64,000 nt of DNA, from the NCBI GenBank assembly GCA_965235115.1, contig OZ249439.1, positions 14,508,001 to 14,572,000 of the forward strand, in the 5' to 3' direction. The stretch is from Laetmonice hystrix (lineage: Eukaryota). Below, piece after piece: positions 55,813 through 64,000 of the stretch. Within the stretch, counting starts at the first letter, position 1. Every line of letters begins with the position of its first letter. The notes beneath the pieces are model-generated. The model saw only the letters and a program-made list of their open reading frames with translations, searched no databases and had not been told where the DNA came from. The position numbers were made by a program, and so were the translations under genes.

Positions 55813-58800
55813 ATGAAGGGCGACGAAGCACACACGAGCACGGCACGCGGGAGCCTGACCACACGGGCCACAACAAAGGCGGCTTTAGATCAGAGACAGA
55901 CAAGTAGAGACAGTTTGGATGTTATTACTAATCAGCTGAAACCGCTGATCAGTTCACCGAAAACAGAGCCATCGCTGGTCAAAACAACATATGCTGGCTG
56001 GATGCAGAACTATGAACGGTACCTGGTTGCTCATCAGGATTATATGGCGGTGGCCCCCATTGAAAATCGTCTCAAGGCCGAGGAAGACTACGCTGGTGAG
56101 TTAACATCATTCAAAAATTTCAAGGAATCAGTTGAACACTGGTTTTTATCGAATGGTAGCCAGCATGTACCAGACAGGCAGGCAGCTCGTAGTGTCAGAA
56201 CGGGATACTCGGGGAATTCTGGACGTAGTGCCCATTCGAGCACCAGATCGGCCTTGCTGTTGGCCAAAGCTCAGGAAGGTCAACGTAAGGCAGAGCTCAT
56301 AGCCAGGGCAGAAGCCCTACATGCCAAGAAACAGTTACAGGAACAAAAGCTCAAACTTCAGTATCAAGAGGAGGAGTTAATGTTAGCAACCGAGATTAAG
56401 GTGGCCGATGCGAGGACAGCCATCATTGAGGAGCTGGAACGGAGCGAATTAAACGACAATATGGTCCTCCAGAATACTCAGTGCGAAGATCCTGGCCCTA
56501 TACAGTCGTCACAGCTGAATGAGAATTACCAGCCGCCTATGCATACCCAGAGGAATTCCGAATTGGATGTGGGCCGTCATTTTGTGGGGCAAGAGACGCC
56601 TTTGACATCGCTAGAAGCGGGTTTAGGTCAGTTGGACGGCGTTGTACGGGAACTGAGAAAACCTACATCAGATTTACAAAGGTTCACTGGGGATCTAATG
56701 GATTATCGGAGATTCCTAAGGCAGTTCAGGGCAAGGGTGGTGTGTAACACCACATGTGATGAAGAAAGGCTGAACTTTCTTGAACAGTTTACAGACGGGG
56801 AACCTCGTAGTATAGTGAAGGGGTACAGTTGCCTGGACGCCAGCGTTGGGTATCGGGCCGCATTGGCTGAACTGGAAAGGCGTTACGGGGATCAGGAGTT
56901 GATAGCCAATGCCTACATCAGACGTGCACTGGACTGGCCACCGATCAAGCCTGATGATGACAAAGGCTTGGACGCTTTCTCCATTTTCCTGATGGAATGT
57001 GAAAACGCAGTGAAGGAAATAGACGGTATGAAAATTCTGGAATTTTCTGAAAACCTAAAGAGACTGGTGGGTAAACTTCCCTTTAGAATGCATGACAGAT
57101 GGCGGACACTTGTCCAAGATACCAAGGACAAAGGAGACACGGTCACCTTCAGTCAACTGGTCAGGTTCACTCGGAATGAAGCGAAAAGGATCACTGACCC
57201 GACCTATGGCAGGCAAGCAATGCAAGAATGCTCAGGGAGTAGAAGTAGGCCTCCTAGTAGTCATAAGTCTACATCAATCAAGAAGAGCACCTTTGCCACT
57301 TCGGTGTCGTCTGGGGCCTCGCCGTGTGTCGCAAGCCAGGCACCAAGGTCACCGAGTGACGCTAAGGAACAGCCGGTTAGTTCAGCTTCTGGCCAAGGGA
57401 GGGCAGCACAAGCAGGAGATGTTGCCTTCATCAAACCCTGTGCATACTGTTCGGATTCTAACCACACTCTAGAGAACTGTCATAAGTTGAGAGCTCAGGC
57501 CTATGGTAACAGGACAGATTTTCTGAAATCAAAGGGTGTATGCTACGGATGCCTGAAACCGGGGCATCAGGTCAAGCTGTGTCATAAGCGAGCAAGGTGT
57601 GTCAGTTGTGGCCGTGCACACCCTTCTGTTTTGCATAGAGAGCCACCAGCTGGACAGCAACCGGGTGGACCCAAGTCGGGACCTGCAAATGGTGAACAGC
57701 CAGTCGATAAGGTGAGTTCACATACGGCCATCACAGGTTCAAGGGCACAAGACAATGACCAGGGCAGTCAAGTGGATGGCGCACAGTGTCATATGGGAGC
57801 CGGTGAGGAGCACGGCATGACCACTATGGCGATTGTTCCGGTCAGGGTCAAATGCCGCAATGGTGGGGTAACAGTAGAAACCTATGCATTTATGGATCCT
57901 GGCAGCAACGTGAGTTTTTGCACTGAAAGGCTGGCAGTGCAGCTGGGAGTCAGAGGCAAACAGGTAGTGATGGACCTAGACACGATGGGCGAGCGGCAGA
58001 AGTTCACCACTCACAAAATTTCTGGTCTAGAGTTGAGCGCTTTAACTGGAGACGATGACAGTGTCAAGTTGCCAGCAGTATACACGAAGCCACAAATGCC
58101 AGTAACGGTTGACCTCATACCGACCCAGGCTGATATCGTAAGGTTTGAGCATTTGACGAATCTTCAGCTGCCAGTGATAAACGCGGATATAGGCCTGCTC
58201 ATAGGTAACAATGTACCGGATGCTTACACCCCTACGGAACTCAAGACCGGTCCACGAGGGACCCCACATGCTGCTAAAACTGCAATCGGATGGATATTGT
58301 GGAATGTCATAAGGGACAGGGAGCTCCAAAATCGCTTATCGTCTAACAGAGCACAGGCTACAGTGATTGAAGATGCCGGGAGCCTAGATCGGCTAGAGCT
58401 ATTGGTTAAGAATGCCATAAACATGGATTTTCCAGAGCGTGTCGTAGACACTAAGCGCGAACCATCTGTCGAAGACAAACAGTTCTGTAGGATAGTGGAA
58501 CAGACCATGGAGTTCAGAGACGGTCACTATTACATTGACCTACCATTCCGTGATGAGAACATCAAGCTACCGGATAACCGAGAGCTGGCTATGAACCGTT
58601 TGTTGTCCCTGAGGAGAAGGATGATCAAGAACCCGGACTTCCACAAAGATTACACAGATTTTGTGCAAAATCTGATAGAAAAGGGCTATGCTGAGAGGGT
58701 CAGCGAGAGCACGGGCAGTCATGCCAAGTGGTACATTCCCCATCATGGGATATACAACCCTAACAAGGAAAAAATCAGGGTCGTGTTCGACTGTTCAGCT

Positions 58801-61713
58801 AAAACTAGAGGCATATCACTCAACGACACCCTTCTCTCTGGGCCGATACTAACTCACACTATTGTCGCCATTTTGCTCCGGTTCAGGGAACAACCTATTG
58901 CGCTGATGGGCGACATAGAAGGGATGTTCAATCAGGTGAAGGTGTCCGAGCATCACAGGAACTTTCTTTGCTTCCTATGGTATCCAGATGGGGATATAAC
59001 CAGAGAACCAGAGGTGTACCGGATGACGTCGCATCCTTTTGGCGCCGCTTCTTCGCCTGCCTGCGCCGCCTCAGCGTTACGTCAGTGTGCTAGGGACAGT
59101 CGAGGTCAGAGCTCAGAGGCCACTCTTGACACTATCCTCCGTAACTTCTATGTCGACGACCTGCTTAAGTCAGTCGCTACCGAGGATGAAGGTATCCAGA
59201 TCAGGGAGGACGTCACCTCAGCCTGTCAGAGGGGAGGATTTAGGATACACAAGTGGGTCAGTAACAGCCAGGCTGTTAATGAGTCCATTCCACTGTCAGA
59301 AAGGTCAAGGTCACTGCAGTTGGCCATAGAAGATGATCAGCCGCACTCGGAACGAGCCTTAGGACTGTTCTGGGACACGGAAGCAGACACGTTTGGTTTT
59401 AAGATAAACCTGAAGGAGCAACCAGCAACCAAGAGAGGGATTCTGTCAGTCATCAGCAGGGTATTCGACCCACTAGGATTAGCTGGGCCGTTTGTTTTGC
59501 CAGCCAGGATTCTGTTACAAGGCTTGTGTAAACAGAATTTGTCCTGGGATGATTACATCGAAGGAAAGGACTTGAAACAGTGGGAGCAGTGGCTTACAGA
59601 CATTCAAGAGTTGGAACAGCTGACCATCCCACGCAGTGTGAAACCCCCCAGCTTTGAGTCCGTCGTGAGCTGTCAGCTCCATACGTTCTCTGATGCGTCA
59701 GACCATGGCTATGGAATAGCCATGTATATACGTCTACAGGACAGTCAGGGCCCCATTTGCTGCAGGTTGCTATATGGAAAATCAAGGGTGGCTCCACTTA
59801 AAAAGGTCACTACTCCAAGGATGGAGCTCACAGCAGCGAGCATCGCTGTTCAATTCGTTGCGATGGTGACCAGCGAGATGAACTACCAGTTCGATAGAAC
59901 CATTTTCTGGACTGACAGCATGTCTGTACTCAGGTATATTGCGAACACCACGAGCAGGTTTCACACATTCGTGGCTAATCGAGTCACTACTATCCAGGAA
60001 GGCTCAACATTAAACCAGTGGAAATATGTTCCCACAGAGTGTAACCCTGCCGATGCAGCATCCAGGGGGCTAGGGGTGAAGAAACAGCAAGCTATCGAAC
60101 AATGGCTCTTAGGACCAAAGTTCCTGTGGGAGCCGGAGTCTAGCTGGCCAAGCTCAGAATTTTCCAAGGACATTCCTGTGGAAGACCCAGAGGTCAAGAG
60201 AACCAACGCAGTGGTGGCACATCCTACTGACGTAGTGAAAGTTGACGAGTTTTTCTCCAGATATTCCAGCTGGGTTAAGCTAAAGACCACTGTGGCTTGG
60301 GTATTACAACTACAAACCGCATTCCGGCAACGTCGCACCATGGACGTTAAACTTCAAGATGTGAAGATGGACAGGCCAGCCCCACTTACGGTAGGGGACC
60401 TAGAGTCAGCCGAGACTGCCATAGTCAGATACCTCCAGTGGAGATACCTGCCTAACAACGGGAGAAACATGGCCTCCGTTCAGAAACTAGATCCGTTTCT
60501 AGATGAACATGGACTGCTGCGAGTGGGAGGGCGTATCAGGCACGCCAGGATACCAACTCAGGTGAAGAACCCTATACTGATACCAAACTCGCATGTCGCC
60601 AGGTTGTGTGTCCAGTCTGCCCATCAGATAGTTGGCCATTTGGGTTCGTGCAGTACAGTCGGCCGCCTGAGGCAAAAGTATTGGATTCCTAGAGCTGGAG
60701 TTGTCGTCCGCAGCGTCATCAATAAGTGTGTGATCTGTCGTCGGTACCGGGCTAAGCGGATGGAACAAAAGATGGCAGACTTGCCGATCGAACGCTTGGA
60801 AATGGATCAGGCCCCATTCACGCAATCGGGCATGGACTATTTCGGTCCCTTTCTCATCAAGAGGGGCAGGAGTGAGCTTAAACGCTATGGAATAATCTTT
60901 ACCTGTTTCTCCAGTCGTGCAGTGCACATCGACATGGCTCAGGATCTCACCACAGATGCATGCATTAATGCGGTAAGAAGATTCGCTGCTAGGCGCGTTG
61001 TCCGCAGACTGAGATCCGACAACGGCACCAACCTGGTCGGTGCTTGTAGAGAGTTGAAGGATGAGATCAACAAATGGAACCAGTCCAAAATTGGTGCATC
61101 ACTCCGTCAGCAGGGTATCGACTGGGAGTTCAACTGCCCTGCCGCTTCCCACCATGGGGGCATTTGGGAAAGGCTGATTCGGTCAATTCGAAAGGTACTT
61201 TATGGCATCACCAAGGAACAGGTGATTCATCTAGATGATGAGGGACTTCGCACATTGTTTTGTGAAGTGGAGGCTATCCTAAACGCACGCCCCATTACGA
61301 GAGTATCAAGTGACGCCTCAGACTTGTTGGCACTGACGCCCAACCACCTTCTCAAACTCGAAGCAGATCAGGCACCACCGCCCGGGATCTTTGTCAAAGA
61401 AGACAACTACGTGAAGAGAAGGTGGAGGCAGATTCAGCACCTGGCTAACGTGTTTTGGCACCGATGGACCAGGGAATACCTTGTTGCACTGCAAGAGCGT
61501 CAAAAGTGGCACAAGGAATCGAGGAACGTCAAAGTGGGAGACATAGTTTTGGTAGTAGACAGTAGTATGCAGAGAAATCAGTGGCCAGTAGGGCGTGTGA
61601 CTGAGGTAAAGGAGGACACCAAGGGGCTTGTCAGAGTAGTCAAGGTCAGAGTAGGCTCGGCGGTCTTCGAACGTCCAGTCACCAAGTTGTGTCTGATCCT
61701 TGAGGCGGACTAA
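55813..61713 (+). CDS. BEL/Pao Gag-Pol polyprotein, 1966 aa, uninterrupted
   Basis: Three Cys/His knuckles (CAYCSDSNHTLENC from 57439, CYGCLKPGHQVKLC, CVSCGRAHPSVLH); protease FMDPGS (D at 57895); RT YVDD (59149-59160); RNase H/Pao-peptidase FSDAS (DAS at 59692); integrase HHCC plus D-D-E (DYFGP 60835, SDNG 61018, WERLIR 61168); C-terminal RWRQIQHLANVFWHRW segment typical of BEL elements. Confidence 0.97.
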   Translation: MKGDEAHTSTARGSLTTRATTKAALDQRQTSRDSLDVITNQLKPLISSPKTEPSLVKTTYAGWMQNYERYLVAHQDYMAVAPIENRLKAEEDYAGELTSFKNFKESVEHWFLSNGSQHVPDRQAARSVRTGYSGNSGRSAHSSTRSALLLAKAQEGQRKAELIARAEALHAKKQLQEQKLKLQYQEEELMLATEIKVADARTAIIEELERSELNDNMVLQNTQCEDPGPIQSSQLNENYQPPMHTQRNSELDVGRHFVGQETPLTSLEAGLGQLDGVVRELRKPTSDLQRFTGDLMDYRRFLRQFRARVVCNTTCDEERLNFLEQFTDGEPRSIVKGYSCLDASVGYRAALAELERRYGDQELIANAYIRRALDWPPIKPDDDKGLDAFSIFLMECENAVKEIDGMKILEFSENLKRLVGKLPFRMHDRWRTLVQDTKDKGDTVTFSQLVRFTRNEAKRITDPTYGRQAMQECSGSRSRPPSSHKSTSIKKSTFATSVSSGASPCVASQAPRSPSDAKEQPVSSASGQGRAAQAGDVAFIKPCAYCSDSNHTLENCHKLRAQAYGNRTDFLKSKGVCYGCLKPGHQVKLCHKRARCVSCGRAHPSVLHREPPAGQQPGGPKSGPANGEQPVDKVSSHTAITGSRAQDNDQGSQVDGAQCHMGAGEEHGMTTMAIVPVRVKCRNGGVTVETYAFMDPGSNVSFCTERLAVQLGVRGKQVVMDLDTMGERQKFTTHKISGLELSALTGDDDSVKLPAVYTKPQMPVTVDLIPTQADIVRFEHLTNLQLPVINADIGLLIGNNVPDAYTPTELKTGPRGTPHAAKTAIGWILWNVIRDRELQNRLSSNRAQATVIEDAGSLDRLELLVKNAINMDFPERVVDTKREPSVEDKQFCRIVEQTMEFRDGHYYIDLPFRDENIKLPDNRELAMNRLLSLRRRMIKNPDFHKDYTDFVQNLIEKGYAERVSESTGSHAKWYIPHHGIYNPNKEKIRVVFDCSAKTRGISLNDTLLSGPILTHTIVAILLRFREQPIALMGDIEGMFNQVKVSEHHRNFLCFLWYPDGDITREPEVYRMTSHPFGAASSPACAASALRQCARDSRGQSSEATLDTILRNFYVDDLLKSVATEDEGIQIREDVTSACQRGGFRIHKWVSNSQAVNESIPLSERSRSLQLAIEDDQPHSERALGLFWDTEADTFGFKINLKEQPATKRGILSVISRVFDPLGLAGPFVLPARILLQGLCKQNLSWDDYIEGKDLKQWEQWLTDIQELEQLTIPRSVKPPSFESVVSCQLHTFSDASDHGYGIAMYIRLQDSQGPICCRLLYGKSRVAPLKKVTTPRMELTAASIAVQFVAMVTSEMNYQFDRTIFWTDSMSVLRYIANTTSRFHTFVANRVTTIQEGSTLNQWKYVPTECNPADAASRGLGVKKQQAIEQWLLGPKFLWEPESSWPSSEFSKDIPVEDPEVKRTNAVVAHPTDVVKVDEFFSRYSSWVKLKTTVAWVLQLQTAFRQRRTMDVKLQDVKMDRPAPLTVGDLESAETAIVRYLQWRYLPNNGRNMASVQKLDPFLDEHGLLRVGGRIRHARIPTQVKNPILIPNSHVARLCVQSAHQIVGHLGSCSTVGRLRQKYWIPRAGVVVRSVINKCVICRRYRAKRMEQKMADLPIERLEMDQAPFTQSGMDYFGPFLIKRGRSELKRYGIIFTCFSSRAVHIDMAQDLTTDACINAVRRFAARRVVRRLRSDNGTNLVGACRELKDEINKWNQSKIGASLRQQGIDWEFNCPAASHHGGIWERLIRSIRKVLYGITKEQVIHLDDEGLRTLFCEVEAILNARPITRVSSDASDLLALTPNHLLKLEADQAPPPGIFVKEDNYVKRRWRQIQHLANVFWHRWTREYLVALQERQKWHKESRNVKVGDIVLVVDSSMQRNQWPVGRVTEVKEDTKGLVRVVKVRVGSAVFERPVTKLCLILEAD

Positions 61714-62148
61714 GGACACAAGTTCTCCAGTTCATTGCTCTGGATTAGTAACATTCATGATTGTGCTCAAAGACTCAGGAACAATTTCTCACATTTATTG
61801 CATGATTGAGGAAATCTAGATCAGTGTTACTTCAGTAGTTGGCTTCCAAGGGCAGAATAATCCCTCCAACTACTTTTAGGAGGTGCTGGCAGTCTACCAG
61901 CCCTTCTTGTTATTTTTTTTTTTTACAGTGTTTCAGCTGCTTTGTATCTCATGTTAGAGAACGTAAGGTCTTAAATATGACCATTCGAGGTGTATTTAAC
62001 TTTGTCGCTAGAGACTGACCCATATGGCTATAGAGACATGACACTTACTTGGATTTCCCAAGTTTTTTATTGGTAGTCTGCATGAGAACTTTTCGGAACC
62101 AGAAGAAAGGGACAATAGGGAGTAATAATTGCTCCGTGTGCCGCAATT

Positions 62149-62160
62149 AGGGAGCCGGGA
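62149..62160 (+). other. Polypurine tract (agggagccggga)
   Basis: Purine-rich run directly abutting the LTR TG. Confidence 0.8.
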
Positions 62161-62414
62161 TGTTGGCACGGGTATTAGTTTTGTTTCTACTTTACCGTTT
62201 TCGCGCACCTGTCGAATAGGCAGCGCCACCTAGCCGGAAGTGAGGGGCTTGAAAAGTTGACCAGTGACCACGAGGTTGGATGGGAGTTTCTCCAGGCTTT
62301 GTTATAAGATAGAGTGGCTCTATCAGAGTTTACGTGGCTCTACACGGATTTGTAAGGCATCTACGGAATAAATAGGTTCCAAACTAACGATCGACGTCAG
62401 GATGATCGATGGGG
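62161..62414 (+). repeat. 3' LTR of the BEL element (positions 1-254 of a reconstructed 283-bp LTR)
   Basis: Begins TGT right after the PPT; TATAAG at 62303 and AATAAA at 62367-62372. The missing last 29 nt (aacatttctagatcgggatgtacgttata) are found at 55535-55563. Confidence 0.88.
62367..62372 (+). terminator. LTR polyadenylation signal AATAAA
   Basis: Motif at LTR position 207-212, about 70 nt before the reconstructed LTR end. Confidence 0.6.
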
Positions 62415-62459
62415 CGCGAAAACGGTAAAGTAGAAACAAAACTAATACCCGTGCCAACA
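62414..62459 (-). repeat. Inverted copy of LTR nt 1-46; true outer U3 terminus
   Basis: 46/46 reverse complement of 62161-62206; followed directly by the TSD. Confidence 0.93.
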
Positions 62460-62464
62460 ATGTT
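62460..62464. repeat. Target site duplication, right copy (ATGTT)
   Basis: Directly follows ...GTGCCAACA. Confidence 0.88.
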
Positions 62465-62553
62465 GTCTACACGGTCATCCAATGTACACCAGTGCACGGC
62501 TTGTGTTGACGGTCTTTGAGTATGTATATTAGTATATCGTCAAGGTAACTCAC

Positions 62554-62621
62554 CATATTCACTTCGGATATACTGTCGAAGCTGGCTAAGGCGAGCTCCA
62601 TCTCGATATGCAGAGGTTCAC
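62554..62621 (-). CDS. Lcch3: Exon (GEPLHIEMELALASFDSISEVNM)
   Basis: Acceptor attttcag|GTG (phase 1), donor ATG|gtgagt (phase 0); 68 bp, the usual size of the SEVNM exon. Confidence 0.95.
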
Positions 62622-62796
62622 CTGAAAATCAAACAGCAGGAAATCAGCGGAAGCTAGGTCGGTTTAATGGTAGGGCCTACATATCAGGCATACTGACAAA
62701 ATAATAATTATTAAAATTATTATAGATTTCTTTAAATTCTGAACATAGGAATAACACGCATGACATAGAGATATACCCAAAATACCAAGGGGCAAG

Positions 62797-62981
62797 TAGG
62801 GCCCACGCTACTGAGTCGCCAAGTCGCCAATGGCTATTCGTTTCTCAAATTGGCTAGGAAAAATCAATATTGGCGAATTTCCTTGCAAATGGTACATTTA
62901 GAATTTGTTGAATTTTGGATAAAAACAAAGTATTTGGCTAGGTTATTGGCTAACCAGTTTTGAAAGCCAGCGAGGGCCCTG
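62797..62981. mobile_element. hAT-like MITE, 185 bp
   Basis: Imperfect TIR (tagggcccacgct / agcgagggccctg); repeated subterminal tcgccaa and ttggcta/ttggcga motifs; gcaag on both flanks (5 bp only). Confidence 0.5.
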
Positions 62982-63115
62982 GCAAGGTCATAGGAACCGC
63001 CTATACCGTGTGTCTGAGTATTGTTCTGTTTTTGTTTATTTTATTTTATTTTATTATTTTTTGGTGGGTGTTATCTTCTGAAAGAATATTCCATGCTCAC
63101 TTGAATTCTAAGTAC

Positions 63116-63251
63116 AAATACGAGCATAGCGATCCATTTCCTTCCTGATGAGTGACAGGTTCCTACTCCACTCATTATCATCAAAATACGAGCATAGCGA
63201 TCCATTTCCTTCCTGATGAGTGACAGGTTCCTACTCCACTCATTATCATCA
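63116..63251. repeat. Exact 68-bp tandem duplication
   Basis: aaatacgagcatagcg...cattatcatca occurs twice. Confidence 0.93.
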
Positions 63252-64000
63252 GCCCCTGATGTTTGAGAGCACAAGTTTGAGGACAACACCAGGAAGGCAT
63301 TACTTATTCTTTATAGATGAAACAAAGGATCAGACGCTAGAGTATCCCTTATTTAATTTTGCCTGTGTGACTCGGTGACTCAGTATGTCTCGCTCGGTTG
63401 GCCATAAAGTTTTGGTGCCAGAATTATACTCTTTCTGTCCTCAGTGCTTCTCTGTCTACCGGTGTGTCAGTCTCCGAATGTGGAGTAGCAGTTGGTTTAG
63501 CATTCATTGGTCTTAAGGCCACGGCTGGTATTTAGTTGATTTGTTCATTTACCGCCTTCCGCTACGGCCCCGGGCTCCTTCTGTGGTAGTGGGGGCAATT
63601 TGGAGGTACAGACGGGCACCCTGTCCACCTCCTGCCCACCCGACGGGCCCCCACCTCTCCGCACCCTGCCCATAATCATGGCCCTCTTACAGCACCCCCC
63701 TCCTCTTTCAGAGTACAGCAGCACCAGCATCCCCCGCCGCAGCAGTGACGTTGGTGCGTTGATGATGGCGACGGTTCAGCCATGGCTGACGTCGAAGAAC
63801 GACCCAAGCCAGGACAGCGGCGGGTCGCGGCAGTGGCTTCCTTAGCGGCTCAGTCGGGCGTTACGCGAGATCTAATCATATTCACTCGGAGACTCGGGAC
63901 CCAGGAGCGAACAACTGGCACTAGCTCATCTCCCACGTGATAAATAATATCTACAGTGGTCGCACCTAACCATCAGGCTAGAGCCTATACCACCACAGTG

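Larger units (their letters stand above)
55473..62459 (+). mobile_element. BEL/Pao LTR retrotransposon, internally inverted relative to its termini
   Basis: Gag-pol ORF with BEL domain order; polypurine tract followed by an LTR starting TGTTGG at 62161; identical 5-bp flanks ATGTT at 55468-55472 and 62460-62464. Confidence 0.95.
819..62621 (-). other. Lcch3: GABA-A receptor beta-like (LCCH3-type) Cys-loop ligand-gated ion channel gene, 5'-partial; 7 exons in window
   Basis: The spliced exons total 1274 nt and give one open frame of about 423 aa plus stop. It contains the Cys-loop [16 protein letters not shown]1-M3 ([87 protein letters not shown]) and M4. From recall this closely matches Drosophila LCCH3; orthology was not computed. 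All six introns are GT-AG with matching phases. Confidence 0.93.

Noticed and set aside
55473-62459. DIRS/Ngaro interpretation of the inverted repeats
   Set aside because: The ORF has an aspartic protease and a DDE integrase, no tyrosine recombinase, and there is a 5-bp TSD and PPT.
63140-63251. CTGATGAG hammerhead-like core in the 68-bp duplication
   Set aside because: No GAAA after a stem II; tgatgagtg simply pairs with cactcatta as a hairpin.
62622-64000. Search for the upstream receptor exon (GYDxRLRPxFG)
   Set aside because: Not found in the window; presumably lies beyond position 64000.

Overview
Eukaryotic, invertebrate-like genomic DNA; no prokaryotic genes, rRNA, tRNA or CRISPR found. 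Almost the whole window is one minus-strand Cys-loop receptor gene, a GABA-A beta-like subunit resembling Drosophila Lcch3. Seven coding exons were reconstructed with GT-AG sites and consistent phases (62621-62554, 17298-17075, 7500-7418, 7141-6998, 3607-3455, 2689-2457, 1187-819); the N-terminal exons lie beyond the right edge. The introns, including one of 45 kb, hold about 11 unrelated minisatellite arrays, a decayed CR1/L2-type LINE, several MITEs and a very young BEL/Pao LTR retrotransposon with an intact 1966-aa ORF. The standout observation is the architecture of that BEL element. Its outer termini and 5-bp TSD (ATGTT) belong to a minus-strand insertion, but its 6.9-kb interior is flipped to the plus strand. 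This leaves a perfect 40-bp hairpin at the left end, perfect 46-bp inverted repeats around the LTR promoter/polyA core, and 27-bp inverted repeats around the interior, all about 90 bp from a splice donor of the host gene.
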